Of a stretch of DNA of 64,000 bases, positions 25,698-36,824 are shown piece after piece. A program made the position numbers and the translations under genes. Every line of letters begins with the position of its first letter. Positions within the stretch are counted from its first letter, which is position 1. The stretch covers positions 1 through 64,000 of the IMG/VR virus record IMGVR_UViG_3300027906_000002; one strand, written 5' to 3'. This DNA is from a virus. The notes under the pieces were generated by a model that saw only the letters and a program-made list of their open reading frames with translations, ran no database searches and was not told the DNA's origin.

Positions 25698-28600
25698 GAT
25701 CTCACCCTATAAATTAGTCAGTATAACGGGAGCCGCTGGTAAGGTAACTCCTGCAGTTCGTGCTGCTAGAAAAGGAATATATGCTAAAAATAGGTTAGGA
25801 CTTGCTGTACATAGTCTTGGAGGTTTAGTTGGATCGTTAAGTGATATTGCTATATCTAATGTTAAAATTGATGTCTTAGAAAAAAGATTAGCACGTAGAA
25901 AAGATCAGAAAGAGAGAGATCAAGAGGCAGAAGATTTTGCAGAAATGCAAAAACTGACTACGGATAAGAAAGGGAAAAAAAGAAAACCGACTAAAAAGGA
26001 AAAGAAGAAATTTGGTGACATCTTTGGATGGATGGGAAACCTTTGGGGTCCTATTGCTAAGTTTATAGTACAACTTCTTAGTTTTTATGTTATAAAGGAT
26101 CTATTAAAATGGGTCGGAGATCCAGCTAATAGGGAGAAATTACAAGTATTTGTAGAAAAATTTGTATTTGTTGTACAGAAATTATTTGATTTTGCCAAGT
26201 GGATAATTGGTGATAATATTTTAGTAGGGTTAACAGGTCTTATTAGTGGTAAGGATGCAGATGGTAATCCTATAGGATTCATAGGACAAGTTAAGAATTT
26301 AGGTAAGCTTTTATTTGGTTTTATTAGTTTACGGTATCTACTCAATCCTTTTGCATTAATTGGTGACATTATAGGTCTATTAGACTTTATAATGAATTGG
26401 AGGGTTCCTGATTTTGGTCGAATGCAGAAAGGACCAAAAGGAAGGATAAAGGGACCGAAAGGAAAAAATAAGATAAAATTTAAGAAGCAGAAAGGTAAGT
26501 GGTGGGATTTCTTTAGGAAGAAAAAGACTTCAGTTACAAGAGCTGCAGATTCTTATAGAAGATTTATTAAAGGTACTTCTAATTTTGGAGATAGGTTAAG
26601 ATTAATCCGTAGAGGTCAAATAGGTTTAAGGGGATTATTTCAGAAGGGTGCAAGGGGTGATGATCTTTTAAAGGCTAAGCAATGGAAAATTCCAAGTGGA
26701 ATTCGTGAGTTTCCAGGTAAAGCAAAGGATTGGTTTGGAGCAAAAACAAAACCAATTGTTAAAGGTTTTCAGGAAACTGTTGATGGTTGGAAATTAGGAG
26801 ACAAGTTAAAGAAACTTCCTGGGCAAGTTAAGGGTGGAATAAAAAGTGGACTTGATAGTGCATGGAAAGGAATACAGGGTCTGGGAGATAGTAAAGTTGT
26901 AAAGGGTGCTCAAGAGCTTGGTACGCAAATATCCAAGAGAGCACGAGGAATGTTTGGTACAGCAGTACGAAACACTAGAAGAGGTGCAAGTGCGTTTGGT
27001 GGTTGGGCTTCAAGAAATGCAAAGCGTATATACCATCTTCCTGGTAAGATTGAGAAGGGATTAAAATCTAAAATATTTGGTCCAATTTATAAAAAATATA
27101 TTAAACCTGTAATTGGTGCAGTTTCTAGTGCTGGTAATAGGTTATTAGGATCACTTAATAAGGTTCCTTTCATCAAGAAGATGACCGATGCTCTAGGGAA
27201 GCGGGGTATAACTTGGGGATCATTTGGAAAATTTACTGGAAGATGGGGTAGAAGATTAAATGCTGCATTACCTTTTATTGGTGGTTTAGGTAATTTCTAT
27301 TTTAGTAAAGTAGCTTTTGATGGTGGTGATAATATAGGTGGAGTATTAGAGGGATTAGCTGGTGCGTTAACTATTGGTGGTGGTATTAGTACTGCAACTG
27401 GTGTTGGTGCTACTTGGGGTGGTCCAATGATAGCACTTGGAACTGCTCTTGATGCATACTTACTTGCTAGAATTCTTCCTGGAATTGGTCCAGCTATTCT
27501 GCAGTGGGAACAGGATGGCGGTCTCATGCAGATTATACCTGGTTTAACAGGTCTAGTAGATAAGATGACTGGTCAGATTGGTCCTTCTGCTAAGGATAAA
27601 TCTAAGGAAGTTGATAAAATACTTTCTGGAAAGGATGATGAGAAAGGTAGTAGTAGTGGTATATTAGGAGTAATCAGTAGTGATACTACTGATATGGTTA
27701 ATGCTGATAAAGAGATTAAGAAACAAGAGAAAGAGAATAAGAAACCGTGGTGGAAATTCTGGGGTGGTGACAAGAAGGTTGAATCTGTAATCACTAAGAA
27801 AGATGTACCATTACCATCAGAAACGAAAGAAGAAGTTGAGAAGAAGAAACCGTGGTGGAAATTCTGGGGTGGTAAGAAGGAAATGGGTGGCTCGTGGTCA
27901 TCCATGTATAAAGGTCAGACTATTAGTGGATATGGTAAGATTCCACAAGCATGGAACCCATTTAAGGCTGTCTTTGATATTGTTAAAAAACCTTTTGAGT
28001 GGGTAGGCGATATAGTTGGTGGTGTTGTTAATGTTGTAGGTGATGTTATAGAGGGTATTGGTAATATTGCTAATGATATAATGGATAGTCAATTGGGTCA
28101 GATATTATCAATAGCATTACCTATAATATTCCCACAATATAAATGGATTGAAACTTTAATTAGTGGAATGAATGCTTTCAGAGCATTATCAAATGGTAAC
28201 CCTATAGCAGCAGTAATGTCTATGTGGAATACTGCAAGTAATATATTCCCTGAAACATTTGCAAATATTGGTGATAAAGTTGGTGGATGGTTTGATAAAA
28301 ATATTGGAAGTAAATTTAGTAATATATGGGAAAAAGGAAAATCTATCTATGATGGATTCATGGAGTCTAAAGTTGGTAAAATATCATCTGCTTTAGTTCA
28401 AGGAAATTGGGGTGGTGCAATTGGTGCTGCAATTGAAGGTACTGGTTTTGAGGCAGGTCTTGCAGCATTTGGAGCACAGATAGATGCTGCTGGATTAAGT
28501 GGAGTTCTTGGTATGTCACCAGGTATTACTTCCGCAATAGCAAATATTCCTGGATTGGATCAACTTCCTGGAGTTAACTCTTTAGTTAGTGGTAATTTTA

Positions 28601-28965
28601 GTCCTGCTGGATTTGTATCTGGTATGGCAGAAAAACATGGTTTGGGTGGAATTTATAAAGCAATGATGGGTGTTGCTGATGGTGGTAATATTCAATCTGG
28701 ATTGAGAGAATTAGCACCAGAATTGGGTGTTGATAAGAGAGTTCTTGGTATCGTTGATGAAGTTGGAGAGGTATTCAGGAATGGAAAGATTGATACTGAA
28801 TATGCTCTACAGACTGCTATTGAATTAGTACCAATACCTGTTATTGTCGAAAGATTACAAGCAACTCCTGTTCCAGTTGATTCTAGTTCAGGTGTTGGTG
28901 AACAATTATCATCATCTAGTGGTGTCAGAGGGTTGTTAAATAGAATGGCAGGAGGTTTTGGATAA
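25687..28965 (+). CDS. Tape-measure-like / baseplate hub protein 1
   Basis: 1092 aa, Gly/Lys-rich amphipathic helices, directly after gp26/gp51. Confidence 0.6.
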   Translation: MATKISPYKLVSITGAAGKVTPAVRAARKGIYAKNRLGLAVHSLGGLVGSLSDIAISNVKIDVLEKRLARRKDQKERDQEAEDFAEMQKLTTDKKGKKRKPTKKEKKKFGDIFGWMGNLWGPIAKFIVQLLSFYVIKDLLKWVGDPANREKLQVFVEKFVFVVQKLFDFAKWIIGDNILVGLTGLISGKDADGNPIGFIGQVKNLGKLLFGFISLRYLLNPFALIGDIIGLLDFIMNWRVPDFGRMQKGPKGRIKGPKGKNKIKFKKQKGKWWDFFRKKKTSVTRAADSYRRFIKGTSNFGDRLRLIRRGQIGLRGLFQKGARGDDLLKAKQWKIPSGIREFPGKAKDWFGAKTKPIVKGFQETVDGWKLGDKLKKLPGQVKGGIKSGLDSAWKGIQGLGDSKVVKGAQELGTQISKRARGMFGTAVRNTRRGASAFGGWASRNAKRIYHLPGKIEKGLKSKIFGPIYKKYIKPVIGAVSSAGNRLLGSLNKVPFIKKMTDALGKRGITWGSFGKFTGRWGRRLNAALPFIGGLGNFYFSKVAFDGGDNIGGVLEGLAGALTIGGGISTATGVGATWGGPMIALGTALDAYLLARILPGIGPAILQWEQDGGLMQIIPGLTGLVDKMTGQIGPSAKDKSKEVDKILSGKDDEKGSSSGILGVISSDTTDMVNADKEIKKQEKENKKPWWKFWGGDKKVESVITKKDVPLPSETKEEVEKKKPWWKFWGGKKEMGGSWSSMYKGQTISGYGKIPQAWNPFKAVFDIVKKPFEWVGDIVGGVVNVVGDVIEGIGNIANDIMDSQLGQILSIALPIIFPQYKWIETLISGMNAFRALSNGNPIAAVMSMWNTASNIFPETFANIGDKVGGWFDKNIGSKFSNIWEKGKSIYDGFMESKVGKISSALVQGNWGGAIGAAIEGTGFEAGLAAFGAQIDAAGLSGVLGMSPGITSAIANIPGLDQLPGVNSLVSGNFSPAGFVSGMAEKHGLGGIYKAMMGVADGGNIQSGLRELAPELGVDKRVLGIVDEVGEVFRNGKIDTEYALQTAIELVPIPVIVERLQATPVPVDSSSGVGEQLSSSSGVRGLLNRMAGGFG
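27739..27873 (+). repeat. Exact 30-bp direct repeat encoding KKPWWKFWGG
   Basis: AAGAAACCGTGGTGGAAATTCTGGGGTGGT at 27739 and 27844. Confidence 0.9.
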
Positions 28966-31938
28966 ATGGCGAAAACAGTTAAGATAAACATGTATAAGTT
29001 TGTCGATGTTGAAAAGCAATCAGCATCTTCTGGAGTTGGCGGCCAAGCTGAAGCTGAGAATAAATTAGTATCTACTATTAATCTCAATACAATGGCTATC
29101 AATAATATTGGTAGTGTAATAAATGGATGTATTAAGACTGTAGTAGAACTCAAAGATATTGAAGAGGATAGGTTAGAAGAGAGAAGGAAAGAATTAAGAA
29201 AAATAAAACCTAGTAGTAGTAAGATAAAACCAAATAAATTTAAGAAGTTTTTCCAAAATATAAGATCATTTAAAGCACCAGGATTTTTTGATAGTCTTTT
29301 GGGTTTATTGGGATCCTTCTTTAAGTTGATGGTTGTTTGGCCATTAATGAAATGGTTGGGTGATCCTAAAAATCATACAAAGATTAAGAATACTCTTATT
29401 AAATTACATAAGATTTTTAGTGCTATTGCGAAGTTTGTTAGTTCCCAAGTTATTGGGATGGTTGATGATTTGTATAATCTTCTTAGTGATGATACAGATC
29501 CTTGGACTAAAATAAAGTCATTTGTGAGTATATGGCTTAAATTTGCAGGAGCATTTTTAGCAATTAGATATCTTACCCAACCGTGGAAGATAATTGGCGA
29601 CTTTATGAGAGTTTGGCAGTTATTTGATAGGAGAGGTAGAGCAACTAAATCAATGCTCTTAAAGAGAAAAGGTCGTCTTATGATGACTGGTGGTAGAGCT
29701 GGGAAATGGTTCCTTGGTGGATTTATTGGTGCTACTGCATTGTGGGCAGCAATGGAATTTTTATTCCCACGTAAGACTGCTGAGGGTACTTTAGAAGCTG
29801 AAATGGATGCTAAAGGAAATCTACCTGGTGATGAGGGTTATGATGAAAGTACTAGAGGTCACTATGCAAAGTCAGGTGATAAGGATGCTGTAGGAGAACT
29901 TGAGAAGAATCAAAGATCTATTGATGCTGCAATGTCAACTCAGCGTTATGGTGAAGATTTAACAAATAGTGGAGTATACGATGCTCATGAGAATCTTAAT
30001 TGGAAAGATGGAGAAACCAAATTAAAAGATCAAGATAAGTTACCAGATAAGGTAAAAAATAAAGCTGCTGAGATGGAGAAACAGCCTTGGTGGAAGGCTA
30101 TTACAGATTTACCTGGAAAACTTAAAGAAACTATTGAAGGGAAAGATGCTGATGCGAAGTATGAAAAGAATAAGGGTCTTCTAGCAGAAATTACTGGTTG
30201 GACTGCTGCTAATGACTTAGCAAATAGTACATTGAAGGAGATGAAGCAGAAGTATTCTTATGATAAGGATGCTGCTGGTGAAGAACATAAGTTTAATGTT
30301 GTTCGTGCTGTTTCTAGTATTTTTGGTTCTTTAACTGGCAATGACAATGCTATACAAGAATCTACCAACAAAGCTATTAGTAGTTTTAAATCTTTTGAAA
30401 AGGGATTCAAGGAAAAGGATACTAAGAGTTTTTGGGATAGTATGAAGGAAGGGTTTGGTATATGGAATAAAGATAAACGTGAGATGGGAGGTAGCATTAA
30501 TGATATGGGTAGTGGTATAATATCAGGACCGAATTCTGGATTTCCTGTGCATATGCATCCATCATTACCACCTTCCTTCATAGGACACGGTACAGAATAT
30601 GTTGCCACTAAGGGTAACGGTAAAGGATATGTTATACCACTTGATAATTTTGCTACCAGAAGAGATCCAACTATAACTTCAAAAGCAATACGAAGAGCAC
30701 AGAGTATGGGATTTAATCTCTCAGATCTTGGTGTTAAAAGATTACAAGAAGGTGGTAGTTTTGGACCTGCTTTACACCATCCTACTAAAAGAAGTATTCC
30801 TAGATTCAGTGGTATATCTGATAAAGCATTGAATAAGAGAATGGTTGCAGAAGGTAAGAAGGGTGCTAAGAAAACAGATGATCCTGGTCATGATTTGTTT
30901 AAAAAGTTAATTCTTGCTGAAGCTAGAGGTGAAGGATTGGGTGGTATGGCAATGGTAGCAAGATCTGTTTTGAACAGACAGGCTATTATTGAAGAGACTG
31001 GCAATCCAGGAACATTCATGTCAAAGAGTGGATCTCTTCAGGATATTATTACTGCACCTGGTCAATATTCTCCTGTCCAAAATGGTGCTATTGACAAGAA
31101 GTTTACTCCTGCTGAATTGGGTCTTGCTGATAGAGCTATTGGTGTTGCAAAGAGTCATGAAAGATTGAAAGGTATTTTGACTACTGGTGGTATTGATGAA
31201 AGAAAATTGATGAAATTGATGTCTGCAACTGGATTCCGTAATTATTCTGCAGGTGCTAGGTATGATAGATCTCAAGATGTTAATCAAGTTAAGTTTGGGA
31301 ATCATACATTCAATACTGCTGGAAATGAGAATCTGGATACTAGATTTTTGACATCAGGTGAGAAGCAGAGTGGAATATTCCAGAAACTATTAAATCCAGA
31401 CGGACTTAGTTTGGGTGATAAGGCAGAACTGGGTAAAGCTGGTACTGCTTATACTAAGAAGACTGGACAAATAGGTGGTGGTTTATTTGGTGGATTGGGT
31501 GGTGGTGCTAAAGAGATGATGGGTGGTAGTAGTGGTGGTGGTATCTTTGATATGTTAACTAACGTATTTGGTGCTAAAGGTGGTGGAGAACAGGGTGGTC
31601 AGCAAAAAGGTGGTGGTGGAAATGTAAAGAAATCTAAGGCAAAGAAAGATGACCAAGCAAAAGTTGAAAGAGCAACAAGAGAAAGGAATAGAGCAAGAGC
31701 TGAGATTAATAATAGAACTAGAGAAATAGTTCAAACAACTTTAGGTGCTGTTGAACAATCTAATGCACAAACTAGAGCATATATATCTGGAGCACAACAA
31801 ACTGTTACTACTATCGTTAAGAGGACACAGGGTAATCAGCCTGGTAAGGGTAGTGCTCAAGCTCCTGGTGGTATGTTTGGTGCTCTAATTAAAACTACTG
31901 CAGCAGTTTTAAATTCATTTAACAATCCATTGAGGTGA
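28966..31938 (+). CDS. Tape-measure-like protein 2 with a SleB/Hydrolase_2 cell-wall hydrolase domain
   Basis: LILAEARGEG..GM.MVARSVLNR, IITAPGQYSPV, KFGNHTF. Confidence 0.7.
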   Translation: MAKTVKINMYKFVDVEKQSASSGVGGQAEAENKLVSTINLNTMAINNIGSVINGCIKTVVELKDIEEDRLEERRKELRKIKPSSSKIKPNKFKKFFQNIRSFKAPGFFDSLLGLLGSFFKLMVVWPLMKWLGDPKNHTKIKNTLIKLHKIFSAIAKFVSSQVIGMVDDLYNLLSDDTDPWTKIKSFVSIWLKFAGAFLAIRYLTQPWKIIGDFMRVWQLFDRRGRATKSMLLKRKGRLMMTGGRAGKWFLGGFIGATALWAAMEFLFPRKTAEGTLEAEMDAKGNLPGDEGYDESTRGHYAKSGDKDAVGELEKNQRSIDAAMSTQRYGEDLTNSGVYDAHENLNWKDGETKLKDQDKLPDKVKNKAAEMEKQPWWKAITDLPGKLKETIEGKDADAKYEKNKGLLAEITGWTAANDLANSTLKEMKQKYSYDKDAAGEEHKFNVVRAVSSIFGSLTGNDNAIQESTNKAISSFKSFEKGFKEKDTKSFWDSMKEGFGIWNKDKREMGGSINDMGSGIISGPNSGFPVHMHPSLPPSFIGHGTEYVATKGNGKGYVIPLDNFATRRDPTITSKAIRRAQSMGFNLSDLGVKRLQEGGSFGPALHHPTKRSIPRFSGISDKALNKRMVAEGKKGAKKTDDPGHDLFKKLILAEARGEGLGGMAMVARSVLNRQAIIEETGNPGTFMSKSGSLQDIITAPGQYSPVQNGAIDKKFTPAELGLADRAIGVAKSHERLKGILTTGGIDERKLMKLMSATGFRNYSAGARYDRSQDVNQVKFGNHTFNTAGNENLDTRFLTSGEKQSGIFQKLLNPDGLSLGDKAELGKAGTAYTKKTGQIGGGLFGGLGGGAKEMMGGSSGGGIFDMLTNVFGAKGGGEQGGQQKGGGGNVKKSKAKKDDQAKVERATRERNRARAEINNRTREIVQTTLGAVEQSNAQTRAYISGAQQTVTTIVKRTQGNQPGKGSAQAPGGMFGALIKTTAAVLNSFNNPLR

Positions 31939-31942
31939 TAGA

Positions 31943-33328
31943 ATGACATTAACAAGAACTGGTGCTGGTGATTGCGAAGTAGAATTTAGTATTTACAATA
32001 GTGGTAAAAGAGTAGAGACCAGTGATGGTAAGTACGATTTAACAGAATATTTGGCTGGTTGGGAAGTATTTGAAAGTATAAGTTCAGCAACCCAAGAAGC
32101 AAGATTTGTTATAGAAGATCAAGGTGGATTGTTAGAATCTTTAACGGGTACAGAAGAATTTCGTTTATTAGTTAAAACGGGATTGACTGATAGAACCTAT
32201 TATTTTAGAACTTATCAAATAGAATCTCGTGTAAGAGTTGGTCAATCTACTGACTTCTTTCAGATTAATGCTTGTTCAAATGAATTTGTTAAGAATGAGG
32301 TTACTAATGTATTTGGTTCGAGTGAGAAAATTTTTAATAAGAAAATTAAAACAGAGCAAATTACTAGAGAGTTATTAAAAAATAGAAAATATTTGAATAC
32401 TAAGAAAAAGGTATTTCTAGAAGATACTCTTAATAAACAAACATTTGTTGCTCCTAATTGGAGGGCAATTGATACAATTTTCTGGTGTGCTAATAGAAGT
32501 ATACGTAAGAATCCTAAAGGAGGAACATTACAGAATGGGTTCTTATTTTGGGAAAATGCTCTTGGATATAATTTTAAATCTATTGATAAAATAATTGATG
32601 ATGTAAATGATAATGATGGATCAAAAGAGACTGATATGAAGAAAGGTATTGGTAAGATGTATACTTACATATATTCACCTAAAAACTTTGCGAAAGATGG
32701 TGATGATCAATATTCTATTGATACTATTACTTTTCCTGATGAGAAAAGTTATCTAATGGGATTAAGGCATGGCACTTGGTCTGGATATAGTGTTGGTTTT
32801 GATCCAGTTAATATAGTTAAATCTCGTTGGGGTGTTAGTACTGATATGAAAAAGGATGAGTATCGGTATGGTGTTAAGAAATTATGGAAAAAAATGTCTC
32901 ATGTTGGTAAATCTACTGCTATAAATCCAGTTAATAATATGGATGATGAAATCAGAAACATAGTTGACTTTCCTAAGAGGGTACGTTATACTATGCTTCC
33001 TAACCAAATTTTTGACCCCAAGTATAAAAATAACCCACAATCAAATTATGAGGAGTTGGTTGAATTACAAGCATACCAATGGATGAGGATAGAAACCCTT
33101 AGAAACATTAGGATGGTTATATCAGTTCCTGGTAATTTGGATTTATATTCTGGTAATGGTATAAGGGTTGATATACCAGCTACAAAGCTAGGTGGTGATA
33201 GACCAACACCAGATAAGAAATATAGTGGTAAATGGGTTATTGCTGGAATTAATCATTCTGGTGTTGGTTCAAGTTCTAAAATGAAGACAGAAATGTTTTT
33301 ATGTAAGGATTCGGTTAGCAAAAGATAA
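31943..33328 (+). CDS. Putative baseplate hub subunit (gp27-like)
   Basis: Position before gp5; FLFWEN.LGYNFKSID, VPGN.DL.SG, YSGKWVI.GINH. Confidence 0.45.
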   Translation: MTLTRTGAGDCEVEFSIYNSGKRVETSDGKYDLTEYLAGWEVFESISSATQEARFVIEDQGGLLESLTGTEEFRLLVKTGLTDRTYYFRTYQIESRVRVGQSTDFFQINACSNEFVKNEVTNVFGSSEKIFNKKIKTEQITRELLKNRKYLNTKKKVFLEDTLNKQTFVAPNWRAIDTIFWCANRSIRKNPKGGTLQNGFLFWENALGYNFKSIDKIIDDVNDNDGSKETDMKKGIGKMYTYIYSPKNFAKDGDDQYSIDTITFPDEKSYLMGLRHGTWSGYSVGFDPVNIVKSRWGVSTDMKKDEYRYGVKKLWKKMSHVGKSTAINPVNNMDDEIRNIVDFPKRVRYTMLPNQIFDPKYKNNPQSNYEELVELQAYQWMRIETLRNIRMVISVPGNLDLYSGNGIRVDIPATKLGGDRPTPDKKYSGKWVIAGINHSGVGSSSKMKTEMFLCKDSVSKR

Positions 33329-33365
33329 ATAGTTATTGTTACCTATAGTAACGGAGAAAAAAATT

Positions 33366-33593
33366 ATGAAGACTATCGAAGAACACATTCAAAAAGATAG
33401 AGACATTCTTGACAACCCAACAACTAGTCCTGCATCTCGGAGACATGTTGCAGAGGAGTTACATGAGTTAGAAGTTTATCGTGAGCATCACATTGATGAG
33501 ATTGAGGCAGGTGACCACCATGATCCTAATACAATCGAATTATTCTGTGAAATGCATCCTGACGAGCCAGAGTGCCTAGTATATGACGATTGA
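33366..33593 (+). CDS. cp12: CP12 Calvin-cycle inhibitor
   Basis: C-terminal ELFCEMHPDEPECLVYDD. Confidence 0.9.
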   Translation: MKTIEEHIQKDRDILDNPTTSPASRRHVAEELHELEVYREHHIDEIEAGDHHDPNTIELFCEMHPDEPECLVYDD

Positions 33594-34042
33594 TGAAAAA
33601 CTTTTTATCATGGTTACTTGGAACTTGGTCTAATAAAATTCAAGCACAATCCAGTCCTCTACTTTATAAACAAGTATTTGTTAGGTGGGAGGATGATGGA
33701 GATTTTATACATTCTGTTCATTGGGGAAGAAAGGAAGAACACAATCCATACTTAACAACTAATAAAAAACTAAAAGTACTATCCGATACTGAAGTTATAC
33801 TTGAGCATTGGGGTGGTACTTATAGTGGGTTTACAAGGAATGAGAGTTGTGATATGATATTAAAGTTTGATGGATCCGCATGGATGGGTAAGTTTGATAC
33901 CAGTATGGATGATGTAACTGGTCATGCAGAACTTGCTGTTTTTGGTCATAAACTTTTTATGAGAGACAGGTTTCTAGACTCTAAAGGTAAAATTATCTGG
34001 GGAGCAGATGAGATCTATAAGTTTAACAGAATAAATACATAA
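33590..34042 (+). CDS. cpeT: T-type phycobilin lyase
   Basis: LLGTWSNKIQAQSSP start; D.F...GK.IWG end. Confidence 0.8.
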   Translation: MMKNFLSWLLGTWSNKIQAQSSPLLYKQVFVRWEDDGDFIHSVHWGRKEEHNPYLTTNKKLKVLSDTEVILEHWGGTYSGFTRNESCDMILKFDGSAWMGKFDTSMDDVTGHAELAVFGHKLFMRDRFLDSKGKIIWGADEIYKFNRINT

Positions 34043-34057
34043 AAACCGTACCATAAG

Positions 34058-36643
34058 ATGTTACAGCAAGAAGCTACCTCAATTGATGGAATTGTAAATG
34101 AACCTACGATTAACTTTGTAGGTAAAGATGGTTTTTGGTGGTGGGTAGGAGAAGTAGAAGATAATGAAGACCCTATGGAATTAGGTAGGGTTAAAGTTAG
34201 GTGTCTTGGATATTATACTAATATTCGTGGTGGTACTACTGCTGATTTAAAAACAGATCATTTGCCTTGGGCAACGGTATTACAACATACATCTCAAGCA
34301 GGTAATGATGCTCAAGGTGAATCATCAGGACAATTGCAACCTGGAGCAATTGTTATGGGATTCTTTATGGATGGTGAGAATGCACAGATGCCTTTGGTTT
34401 TGGGTGTCATGCGTTTGAATAAATCTTCAGGTTCAAGAGAGAAGAAAGAATTTGCTTTTACTGGTGAAGCAATGAGTTCAACCAGTACAGGTACTATTAA
34501 TCCAGCATCTAATAAACCAGGAGATCCTAATAGTATTTCTACTGATAATGTAAGAAGACCTGGAGTTGCAAATAATAGTGTTTCTACTGTTGCAGCAGCA
34601 AAAACTACACAAATTGGTGGAAAGGGATCTCCTAGTAATATAGGTACAACACCTGGAGTTAACGGTAGTGGTGGTAATCCTACTAAACCTAGACAACCAT
34701 CTAAACCTATTCCTGTTGGACAAGGTGTTGGTGGTCCTTGGAAGAGTGTGGATTATCAATTATCATATCTCTTAGAAGATTTGGCTGATAAATCTGCATT
34801 ATTGGTAAAGGATGAGAGTGGAGATTTCTTTAATGTGATTACTGGTAAAGTTGTTACAGCAAAAGAACTTACAGCAGGTATTCAAAATTTCTTAGGTGCA
34901 GTATTTACTCAGGCAATAAGTGCTATGAGAGGAGCAGCATCTAGTCTTGTTGAAGGATTGGACACTGAGTCATTAAAAGAAAAGGCAAATGGTGTTCCTT
35001 ATACTATAATTACTGAGGTTCAAGAAGCAGTTACAGAACTATTATCAGCTTTGTGTATTGTTGATAATCAATTAACTCAGTTTATACAGGATCCTCTTAG
35101 TGCTGTTACAAGTCAATTGGATTCTTTTTTACAAGGTGCTATTGATAAAGCAACTTTTGTAGCACAGGGAGTAGAGGATGTAATTGATAGAGTGTTCTGT
35201 AATGTTCAAGGTGTTTTGGATTCTCTTTTATCAATAATTGGAAAAGTAACTTCTGCTCTTGATAGTCTTGGGGAAGCTAAAGAAGTCATGGATGCATGGC
35301 AATCTGGTGAGCAGATATTTTCTGATGCTACTGATCTATTTGGTCAAGAGAAAATGACACTATCTGGTTTGTTCTCTTTCTTTATGAATCTATTTGGTGG
35401 TGGTAATTGTGAGAGAAAACCTAAAGGTGGTGAAGATGATGCTGGTTGGTTCCCTTTACTTGGTGTAACACATTGTACTCCAGAAGAATTTGCAGATATT
35501 GATAAGTTTAGGGGTGATAGTAGAGGTAAGTGTGGTGATGGTCAAAGTGAAGGTAGTAAGAGTAGTGGAGGAGGTATCTATGATTCTATTTTTGAAGAAG
35601 CAGATCCATATTTAACTACTGCTAAAACTTGGGTGAATGGTGCTTATGAGTTATACATTGGTACTCCTGGTCGTCAATCTACTCAACAGAAGAGAGAAAA
35701 TGGTACTACTTGGACATCTGTTAACATAAACAATGCTCAACACCAAGAGTGGATGGCTAAGAGAAGTATTAAAGAGAATAATCCAGACTTAACTGAAGAA
35801 GAGATTGAGGCAAAGGCTAAAGATAGTGTTAAATCTGCTACTGGTAGTGAAGGTGATACAGGTAATTTACAGGCAGATCATATCTCTTATGCTGGAACAT
35901 TAACTTCAGAAGTTCATGGTGATGACTGTAAAGTTATTGATTTGGATTTATGTAGAACAGTACAAGGTGATATTAGATTGAAATGTACTGGTGATATGCA
36001 TCTTGAAGTAGGTGGTGCATTTCTCATGAACGCTCAAGGAGCACCTAAGCAAGTAGATAAGAAAGGTAATAAGAAGAGTGATGAAGTGCAAAAGCATACT
36101 ATATCATTTGGTTCTGATGTTGACTGGGGTTTCCACGGTTCAAAATTGGAATGGAACGCATCTGAAATAAAGTTAGCAGGTCAGAAGATTTCAATTACTG
36201 GTAAGGAATGGGATAATGCATGTAAAATACAAAAAAATTCTGCTGTGGAAATGGCATTAACTTCTGATAACTCTATTAATATGTTAACAACTCATTTATT
36301 CCAACAGATTAATGAACCAAAAAAAGATCCTTTACCAGAAAAATCTGGTATTACTAGAATCGTTAGAGGTTCGATAGAAACTACTATGTTGGATGAAGGG
36401 TCTTCAAAGGATGAGATTCCAAGATATTCTATTGACAATAAGTATGGACCATGTACAATGGTATTTGGTGAGAAGGGAATGAATACTACTATTAAAGATG
36501 AAGGTGCTTATAAGTTAGATGTTGAAGGTGGTCCTATGTCTATGGAGTGTAAGAAAAATGCTACTATTTTTGCTGATAAGGATATGACTATAGAATGTAC
36601 AGAGACTATGAAGTTAATTGGAAAAGAGATCCATTTGAACTAA
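34058..36643 (+). CDS. gp5: Baseplate hub / spike gp5 (no T4-lysozyme domain recognised)
   Basis: WWVGEVEDNEDPMELGRVKVRCLGY, LPWA, V.GFFMDGENAQ.PLVLG; C-terminal beta-helix-like repeats. Confidence 0.88.
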   Translation: MLQQEATSIDGIVNEPTINFVGKDGFWWWVGEVEDNEDPMELGRVKVRCLGYYTNIRGGTTADLKTDHLPWATVLQHTSQAGNDAQGESSGQLQPGAIVMGFFMDGENAQMPLVLGVMRLNKSSGSREKKEFAFTGEAMSSTSTGTINPASNKPGDPNSISTDNVRRPGVANNSVSTVAAAKTTQIGGKGSPSNIGTTPGVNGSGGNPTKPRQPSKPIPVGQGVGGPWKSVDYQLSYLLEDLADKSALLVKDESGDFFNVITGKVVTAKELTAGIQNFLGAVFTQAISAMRGAASSLVEGLDTESLKEKANGVPYTIITEVQEAVTELLSALCIVDNQLTQFIQDPLSAVTSQLDSFLQGAIDKATFVAQGVEDVIDRVFCNVQGVLDSLLSIIGKVTSALDSLGEAKEVMDAWQSGEQIFSDATDLFGQEKMTLSGLFSFFMNLFGGGNCERKPKGGEDDAGWFPLLGVTHCTPEEFADIDKFRGDSRGKCGDGQSEGSKSSGGGIYDSIFEEADPYLTTAKTWVNGAYELYIGTPGRQSTQQKRENGTTWTSVNINNAQHQEWMAKRSIKENNPDLTEEEIEAKAKDSVKSATGSEGDTGNLQADHISYAGTLTSEVHGDDCKVIDLDLCRTVQGDIRLKCTGDMHLEVGGAFLMNAQGAPKQVDKKGNKKSDEVQKHTISFGSDVDWGFHGSKLEWNASEIKLAGQKISITGKEWDNACKIQKNSAVEMALTSDNSINMLTTHLFQQINEPKKDPLPEKSGITRIVRGSIETTMLDEGSSKDEIPRYSIDNKYGPCTMVFGEKGMNTTIKDEGAYKLDVEGGPMSMECKKNATIFADKDMTIECTETMKLIGKEIHLN

Positions 36644-36662
36644 TCTATGCTATACTATTATT

Positions 36663-36824
36663 ATGGATGAACTACGACAACGACAATTAATAGAACTCAA
36701 GGAAATCCTTGAGGATACTATTGAATATTTCTGTGATGAGAACATGGTTTCTGGGGAAACTGCATGGAACATGGTAGGTGCTTTATCCGATGCGAAACTA
36801 AACGTGGAATTTACTAATGACTGA
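36663..36824 (+). CDS. Small hypothetical protein
   Basis: Manual translation MDELRQRQLIELKEILEDTIEYFCDE... Confidence 0.55.
   Translation: MDELRQRQLIELKEILEDTIEYFCDENMVSGETAWNMVGALSDAKLNVEFTND

Noticed and set aside
25888-31305. Several 60-150 aa minus-strand ORFs within the tape-measure-like genes
   Set aside because: No SD, promoter or recognisable motifs; typical antisense shadows
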